Under the pieces are notes generated by a model. That model saw nothing but the letters and a program-made list of their open reading frames with translations, did not search any database and was not told where the DNA came from. The position numbers and the translations under genes are program-made. 30,568 nt of DNA from an uncultured Verrucomicrobiota bacterium. GTDB taxonomy: Bacteria > Verrucomicrobiota > Verrucomicrobiia > Opitutales > LL51. Position 1 is the first letter of the stretch. Each line of letters begins with the position of its first letter. The stretch is from assembly GCA_947174645.1 (NCBI GenBank), contig CAMWJR010000001.1, positions 1-30,568 of the forward strand, read 5' to 3'. Of the stretch, positions 25,287 to 30,568 are shown piece after piece.

Positions 25287-25916
25287 GTGATGTCGTTATT
25301 TTCGTGGCATTTTTTCTCACTCGGTTACGGCGCTATGGGCTTTTTATGGCTCCTCGCCGCCATCGGAACTATTCTAACACTCGAACGACTCCTCTTCTTT
25401 CGACGTTACAACATTGACATAACGATTTTTTTCGAAGGCATTCGGAATCTCCTTTCTTCGGGAAAAGTCGCCGAAGCCATCGATCTTTGCGAACAAGAAG
25501 GCTCTCCCGCTGCCAGTATTATCCGCACCGCCCTCATGGATCGCGAACTCCCCGGTAGTGAACTCAAAGCCCGCATTAAAGCTTCTGCATTACTCGAAAT
25601 TCCTCGTTGTGAACGACGTGTTTTACCCATTCTAACTATCGCTAAGATTGCGCCCCTTGTCGGGATGATTAGTATTGTGTTGTCCTTTTACACCGCATTC
25701 AAAACACTACAAACATCGGGCTTAACTTACACGAATTCAGACGTTTTTGCCGATACAATCACTAGCGGCATGCTGCTGATCATTACAAGTCTTGCCATTA
25801 GTGCGTTTGCTAACATCGCCTACACATTTCTCTACGGGAAGGTGCAAGCGATTATTTACCAGCTCGAGTGGACGTACAACGAGTGCCTTCAACTCGTATT
25901 TGTCGGAAAAAAATAA
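25287..25916 (+). CDS. MotA/TolQ/ExbB family membrane protein (degenerate)
   Basis: Three TM segments with LER after TM1, ILTIAKIAPLVG at TM2 and ANIAY at TM3. Coupled to the next gene by a TAATG overlap. Confidence 0.8.
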   Translation: MMSLFSWHFFSLGYGAMGFLWLLAAIGTILTLERLLFFRRYNIDITIFFEGIRNLLSSGKVAEAIDLCEQEGSPAASIIRTALMDRELPGSELKARIKASALLEIPRCERRVLPILTIAKIAPLVGMISIVLSFYTAFKTLQTSGLTYTNSDVFADTITSGMLLIITSLAISAFANIAYTFLYGKVQAIIYQLEWTYNECLQLVFVGKK

Positions 25917-26350
25917 TGCCACTTCGCAATTTCCAGTCACAATCGAATCTCGAAAAGCCACGCGCTACGGCCGATACCAATGCAATTATTGCGGTCCTGC
26001 TCTTTATTTTTGGCCTTTCACTTTTAGGTTCTCGCTTTGTCGGCTCGCCCGGCGTCACAATTCAACTCCCTAAAGCCGAACATCAAAGTCTACAGGCAAC
26101 TTCTGGTGTGCTCCATCTCGGCATCAACAACATGGTTATTTTTGATGGCAAACGCGTAAAAATTGATCATCTCGAACCCGTTGTTCGCCGCTTTCTCCGT
26201 CGCCAGCCATCAAAAAATGTCACCATTCTTATTTTAGCCGATGCATGGGCGCCATTACAATCCGTTGTTGCGGTTTTCGATATTCTAAAAAAATCCGGTT
26301 GTGCGCAAATTCAAATCGCCTGCGAAGCCCCAGAACCGCTCAGAATTTAA
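25916..26350 (+). CDS. ExbD/TolR family protein (degenerate)
   Basis: Single N-terminal TM, GVTIQLPKA, periplasmic domain with ILILAD...VVAVFDILKKSG. ATG 25916 overlaps the upstream TAA. Confidence 0.78.
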   Translation: MPLRNFQSQSNLEKPRATADTNAIIAVLLFIFGLSLLGSRFVGSPGVTIQLPKAEHQSLQATSGVLHLGINNMVIFDGKRVKIDHLEPVVRRFLRRQPSKNVTILILADAWAPLQSVVAVFDILKKSGCAQIQIACEAPEPLRI

Positions 26351-27252
26351 TCATCAATATCAAGGTGTACACGTGGATGAAATCGCTCATACTGCTGTAA
26401 CAGTCTTTGTTGGTCTACATGAGTATAAATTTCGGTCGTCGCGATATTTGCATGTCCCAGCATTTCCTGAATGACACGTAGATCGGCCCCATGCTCTAAG
26501 AGATGTGTCGCAAAAGAATGGCGTAGCATATGGGGTTTTGTATTTTTCATTACCCCTGCACCTGAAGCATAATCTTTGAGCTTAGCCCAAAATGTTTTAC
26601 GAGAAATCGGTCCGCCTCGACGGCTTAAAAAGAGCGCACTCCCAGTAGTTTTTTTCATGAGCAAAGGTCGCGCTTGAATAAGATATCGCCGTAACGCATC
26701 AATCGACCGAGCGCCTAACGGGATCGACCGCTCCTTACTGCCTTTACCTTCGACGCGGATAAAGTGCTCTTCAAGATTGAGATTTTGAATCTCTAGATTG
26801 CAGGCCTCAGAAATACGTAAACCGCTGCTGTAAATGAGCTCCAACATTGCGTAATCGCGAAGCCCTTCGGGGGTATTTTGATCCGGTACGGCGAAAATCG
26901 CTTCAATTTCTTGGAGATTTAAGGTCTCCGGCAGACGTTGCTGCGGTTTGGGAAGAAAAATACCCTCCGCGAAGTCCTCACAAATCCATTGCTCATGGAC
27001 ACAAAAACGTAAAAATGCATGAACTGCAATCAGCTTGCGCGCCATACTTGCCCGGGCATATCCTGCCTCAATCATCTGTTCCATCCAATTGCGAATATGA
27101 TCTGGAGACAACTCCACGATCTCCATATCGCCTGTAAAAGCTAGCAGTAACCGCAAATCACTTTCATACGCATCGATTGTATTTTTAGCCGCCGCTTTTT
27201 CGAGCTCCAGAAAAACAAAAAAGCGCTCGATTGACCTGGATAGCAGCATCAC
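26347..27252 (-). CDS. xerD: Site-specific tyrosine recombinase XerD
   Basis: RDYAMLELIYSSGLRISE, GKGSKER, PHMLRHSFATHLLEHGADLRVIQEMLGHANIATTEIYTHV. Coupled to argS. Confidence 0.88.
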   Translation of the reverse strand: MMLLSRSIERFFVFLELEKAAAKNTIDAYESDLRLLLAFTGDMEIVELSPDHIRNWMEQMIEAGYARASMARKLIAVHAFLRFCVHEQWICEDFAEGIFLPKPQQRLPETLNLQEIEAIFAVPDQNTPEGLRDYAMLELIYSSGLRISEACNLEIQNLNLEEHFIRVEGKGSKERSIPLGARSIDALRRYLIQARPLLMKKTTGSALFLSRRGGPISRKTFWAKLKDYASGAGVMKNTKPHMLRHSFATHLLEHGADLRVIQEMLGHANIATTEIYTHVDQQRLLQQYERFHPRVHLDIDD

Positions 27253-28991
27253 ATCTTTTCGATCGTTTCAATGCCTAACAAAGACAACCCTGTTTTAAGA
27301 ACATAGCGCGTGAATTGGCAAAGCAATAACCGGGTATTCCGAACGGTATCTGCTTCTCCCAAAATGCGGTTAGCGTTGTAGAAAGACGAAAATTCACTGG
27401 CTAAATTGTAGAGATAGGTGCATAAGTAATGCGGACGAAGATCATCAATAGCCTGTCGAACGACACTTGGGAACGCAATAATTTGACAAGCAAGCGCACG
27501 CTCTTCCGACGTCGTAATCGCTCCTATAGAGGGTTGCTTCGGGGCGACGCCAAGTTTGCGAAAAAGCGCATTGAGGCGCGCTACCGCATAGAGCAGATAA
27601 GGCGCTGTGTTACCTTCAGGCGCAAGCATTTTCTGCCACGAAAAAACGTAATCATTCGTCCGGTTTTGTGATAAATCTGCGTACTTGATCGCACTCAGGC
27701 CGACTGCACGTGCAATCTCCTGCTTTTCGGACTCAGCGAGTTCGGAATTTTTTTCGTCGACCATTGCGTAAGCCCAATGAATAGCTTCTTCCATCAGTTG
27801 CCGAAGCTTCACCGGATCTCCAGAGCGCGTCTTAATTGCACGGCCATCCTCCCCAAGTACTGTTCCGAACCACACATGTTTTAAAACAGGTACTGGACGG
27901 TGTTGTTTCTGAAACCATTTCTCAACGGATAAAAAGAGCTGCTGAAAGTGATCCTGCTGCCGGCCATCCGTCACATATATGATCTCATCCGCATGAAATT
28001 CCTCAACGCGGTACAAAACTGCCGCAAGGTCCGTCGTCGCATAATTCGACGCGCCATCCGATTTTCGAATTAAAAACGGCTGATCCTTAAAGCGTTCGTG
28101 TTCCCGATGAAAAATCACGAGAGCGCCCTCGTTTTCCTCAGCCAACCCAACGGCTTGTAGCTCTGTGTAAATCCGATCGACACGGTCGCGATAGAATGAT
28201 TCCCCTAAAACATAATCAAAAGCGACGCCCATCTGGCGGTAAATTTCGTCAAACGAACGATAAGAGGCCTCGTTGATTTTCTGCCAAATTGCTAAATTCT
28301 CTGGATCACCCTGTTGAAGTTTGACCAATTCTTGACGAGCTTGTTCTAAAGCCTGTCCATCCTGTTGCGTCAGCGCAACACCCTCACGGTAGAGGCGCTC
28401 AAAAGTCTCAAGGGCATCTGATCCCAACCGCGTAATATCGAGGTGTGCCCGCTTGACGGCCATAATGAGGATCCCAAATTGCGTTCCCCAATCGCCTAAG
28501 TGGTTGTCGCGAATGACCTTCGCGCCCGCAAAACGTAAAAGACGTTGAATCGACTCGCCAATAATCATCGAGCGGAGATGGCCAACATGCATCTCTTTCG
28601 CCGTATTCGGGCTCGAATAATCAATCACAACTGTCTTTCCCGAAAGCGTATTGAGCTCACAACGGCCAACGAACCGCCGGAGCCATTGGAATAAAAACTC
28701 CGCCTTGAGATGGATGTTAATAAACCCCGGACCAGAAAGCTCCAATGTACACCGCGTATCTAGTTCGGGATCTTCAAGTGCAGACGCAAGCAATACCTCC
28801 CCTAACTTCCTTGGGTTTTGCTTTTGTTTCTTCGCAAAACCTAAAACACCATTGACCTGAAAATCGCCAAACCGCGGCTCCGCAACGCGTAATTCCGGAT
28901 CAAAACTTTTATCGAAAGCGCCCGTCCGTAACGCTGCTTTCAAAAACAAATCGGCTAGTTTCGCTCGTACATCGAGCCAATCGGATTCCAT
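27249..28991 (-). CDS. argS: Arginine--tRNA ligase
   Basis: FGDFQVN, SGPGFINI, DYSSPNTAKEMHVGHLRS (HIGH motif), NHLGDWGTQFG, KSDGASNYATTDLAA, YVTDGRQQDHF, IKYADLS, GNTAPYLLYAVAR. Confidence 0.97.
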   Translation of the reverse strand: MESDWLDVRAKLADLFLKAALRTGAFDKSFDPELRVAEPRFGDFQVNGVLGFAKKQKQNPRKLGEVLLASALEDPELDTRCTLELSGPGFINIHLKAEFLFQWLRRFVGRCELNTLSGKTVVIDYSSPNTAKEMHVGHLRSMIIGESIQRLLRFAGAKVIRDNHLGDWGTQFGILIMAVKRAHLDITRLGSDALETFERLYREGVALTQQDGQALEQARQELVKLQQGDPENLAIWQKINEASYRSFDEIYRQMGVAFDYVLGESFYRDRVDRIYTELQAVGLAEENEGALVIFHREHERFKDQPFLIRKSDGASNYATTDLAAVLYRVEEFHADEIIYVTDGRQQDHFQQLFLSVEKWFQKQHRPVPVLKHVWFGTVLGEDGRAIKTRSGDPVKLRQLMEEAIHWAYAMVDEKNSELAESEKQEIARAVGLSAIKYADLSQNRTNDYVFSWQKMLAPEGNTAPYLLYAVARLNALFRKLGVAPKQPSIGAITTSEERALACQIIAFPSVVRQAIDDLRPHYLCTYLYNLASEFSSFYNANRILGEADTVRNTRLLLCQFTRYVLKTGLSLLGIETIEKM

Positions 28992-28995
28992 CGCT

Positions 28996-29529
28996 TTACC
29001 AAAATAACGTGCTCAAAACCAATAGGCCGTAGCCTGCTATCAAGACGCCCACGAACCGAGCGCGTGCCGCACTCGCGTAAATGAAATCTAGTGCCTCTCG
29101 CGCTTTATAAGGCCATCCGCCGAAAATCATCCCCGCTACAATCATCCCGTATACAAATGTGACAAGAACGAGTCTCGATTCCTGGGGTTGTAAAAAAGCT
29201 GCCTTGAGGAGCTCATTCGACGTGAGAAGTGCTAAAATCGCTGATCCGCGCACCGCAAGAAAATCGCGTAGTTTTAGGAGTGTGACGACAATAATAAATG
29301 TGAAAAATGCAAAGAAGACCCACTTATAACGCCCAAAATCAGATTCTCCAAGCGTCGCAACATGCCCTAAAAACCAGATTCCTGCAGCTGAAAATGTCAT
29401 CGTACCAGCGGTTGAAGAGCGTATAAATTTGCGCAAACCGCGCCCATACCCCTCTGTATTAAAGATGAACGCAAGTCCGATGATCAATAAAACAAGTCCG
29501 ACACCGAACTCGGCAATTTTTAAACTCAT
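28996..29529 (-). CDS. Hypothetical inner-membrane protein (5-6 TM)
   Basis: 177-aa hydrophobic ORF coupled to miaA (ATGA overlap) and 4 nt from argS. Confidence 0.8.
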   Translation of the reverse strand: MSLKIAEFGVGLVLLIIGLAFIFNTEGYGRGLRKFIRSSTAGTMTFSAAGIWFLGHVATLGESDFGRYKWVFFAFFTFIIVVTLLKLRDFLAVRGSAILALLTSNELLKAAFLQPQESRLVLVTFVYGMIVAGMIFGGWPYKAREALDFIYASAARARFVGVLIAGYGLLVLSTLFW

Positions 29530-30458
29530 AGCCCCACCTTGTTAAAAATCGCATCCCGGAAGTCAAAACTTTCGTGCGATACGTCGAGGCGTAGGTCAAC
29601 TGGTATTTGTGTTCGAAACCATGTTTTCTGTTTTTTCGTTAATTGATGTGTCGCGTGAATGATTTCCTGTTTCAATGCCTCGAGATCATGCTCTTTTTTT
29701 TCGAGAAACTGCAATGCCTCCCGATACCCAATCGCGTTACGTAGGGGCGGACACAAACAACTATCATAAGCTTCACGTAACGACGCTACTTCTTCTAAAA
29801 ATCCTGCTTGGAACATCGCTTCAACACGTTGCTCAATGCGTTGGTTTAGGGATGCTTGTGGACGTTCCAAAACGATCACTTTTTTCGAAAAACATTCCCA
29901 GAGATCTTGATTTTGCTGTAGAAACTGTTGCTTGAGGGATTTTTGCGATTGTTGGATCACGCGTTGTTTCCCTAAAACCGACAAAAGTCGACGCGGGTTA
30001 TTCCAATCGGACGGATTCATGTCAACAGGACCATAACGCAAAACTTCCTGTTGGAGTCCTATTAATCCCTGTTGCCGATAAAGATTTTCAACCTCGATAC
30101 GGACCTCTTGTGGAACTTCAATGGCATCCGTTACCGGAGCAAAAAAAGATTTTAAATAAAACCCTGTACCGCCAACGATGAGTAAGTTTCCTTTTAGAGA
30201 CGCAGCTATTTTTAAGGCGTAATCCTGATAAGCAGCCACGCTAAAGGTCTGATCTGGATTACAGAGATCGAGGCCATAGTGCGGAATACCTTCGCGCTCT
30301 GTTTCTGAAATTTTCGCAGAACCAATGTCAGCACCGCAGTAAACCTGTACCGAATCGCAGGATAAAATCGGTGCATCGAGTGTCTTGGCGAGATCGAGCG
30401 ATAAAGCCGTCTTTCCAACCGCGGTACACCCCGTCAAAATCCATAGCTTTTGCGGCAT
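29526..30458 (-). CDS. miaA: tRNA (adenosine(37)-N6)-dimethylallyltransferase
   Basis: LTGCTAVGKT, SCDSVQVY, DIGSAK, PHYGLD, VGGTGFYLKS, NPRRL, LNQRIEQRV, AIGYRE, QLTKKQKTWFR. Confidence 0.96.
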   Translation of the reverse strand: MPQKLWILTGCTAVGKTALSLDLAKTLDAPILSCDSVQVYCGADIGSAKISETEREGIPHYGLDLCNPDQTFSVAAYQDYALKIAASLKGNLLIVGGTGFYLKSFFAPVTDAIEVPQEVRIEVENLYRQQGLIGLQQEVLRYGPVDMNPSDWNNPRRLLSVLGKQRVIQQSQKSLKQQFLQQNQDLWECFSKKVIVLERPQASLNQRIEQRVEAMFQAGFLEEVASLREAYDSCLCPPLRNAIGYREALQFLEKKEHDLEALKQEIIHATHQLTKKQKTWFRTQIPVDLRLDVSHESFDFRDAIFNKVGL

Positions 30459-30568
30459 TACCAGTGTTTCAGCCGGAACGAAAAACCCGGCTGGACTCGG
30501 GTATCGCGACGTGCGTGATTTTTAATTTTTAGGCAAAAATGTAGGTCCCAAATGCCGCCGTATAATAG
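30458..30568 (-). CDS. 3' end of an upstream gene (partial), possibly an outer-membrane beta-barrel such as LptD
   Basis: Open frame from the window edge, LLYGGIWDLHFCLKIKNHARRDTRVQPGFSFRLKHW-stop, with TAA overlapping the miaA ATG (TAATG). The alternating residues and terminal aromatic residue suggest a final barrel strand; the product call is weak. Confidence 0.5.
   Translation of the reverse strand, partial: LLYGGIWDLHFCLKIKNHARRDTRVQPGFSFRLKHW

Noticed and set aside
26347-27252. Tyrosine recombinase as an integrase of a mobile element
   Set aside because: XerD-like sequence coupled to argS in a housekeeping operon, with no att sites or cargo beside it and 22 kb from the islet.
30470-30493. 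CAGCCGG-10 nt-CCGGCTG hairpin upstream of miaA
   Set aside because: It lies inside the coding tail of the upstream gene, which is coupled to miaA, and has no U tract on that strand.

Overview
A gene-dense bacterial chromosomal segment with many 1-4 nt gene overlaps. It is probably from a small-genome, anaerobic, host-associated Verrucomicrobiota member (Opitutales/Puniceicoccales-like); this is an inference from gene content, not a database result. The backbone is housekeeping: glgB (partial), mtaB, murE, an RluA-family synthase, a Na+/H+ antiporter, oppA-like, accA, nrdD with tandem NrdR boxes, a beta-CASP nuclease, an OleB-like hydrolase, Prc protease, a sigma54 activator, ExbB/ExbD-like, xerD, argS, miaA and five tRNAs. 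The standout is a 3.4 kb islet at 1355-4740 between glgB and mtaB, interleaved with tRNA-Arg and tRNA-Gln. It encodes three proteins with Sec-type signal peptides: two OTU-type cysteine proteases (putative deubiquitinases) and a helical protein ending in a Cys cluster plus CaaX box (CTCGQGCPCLLI). Together they look like a secreted toolkit for manipulating a eukaryotic host. A signal-peptide-bearing SAM methyltransferase lies between tRNA-Ile and tRNA-Phe, and a 721-aa exported orphan is nearby. Other oddities are a sigma54 activator with no HTH domain, an ExbB/ExbD pair lacking its proton-channel residues, a tRNA-Gly with an A73 discriminator and a ~90-aa insertion in Prc. I saw no CRISPR array, IS element or prophage.
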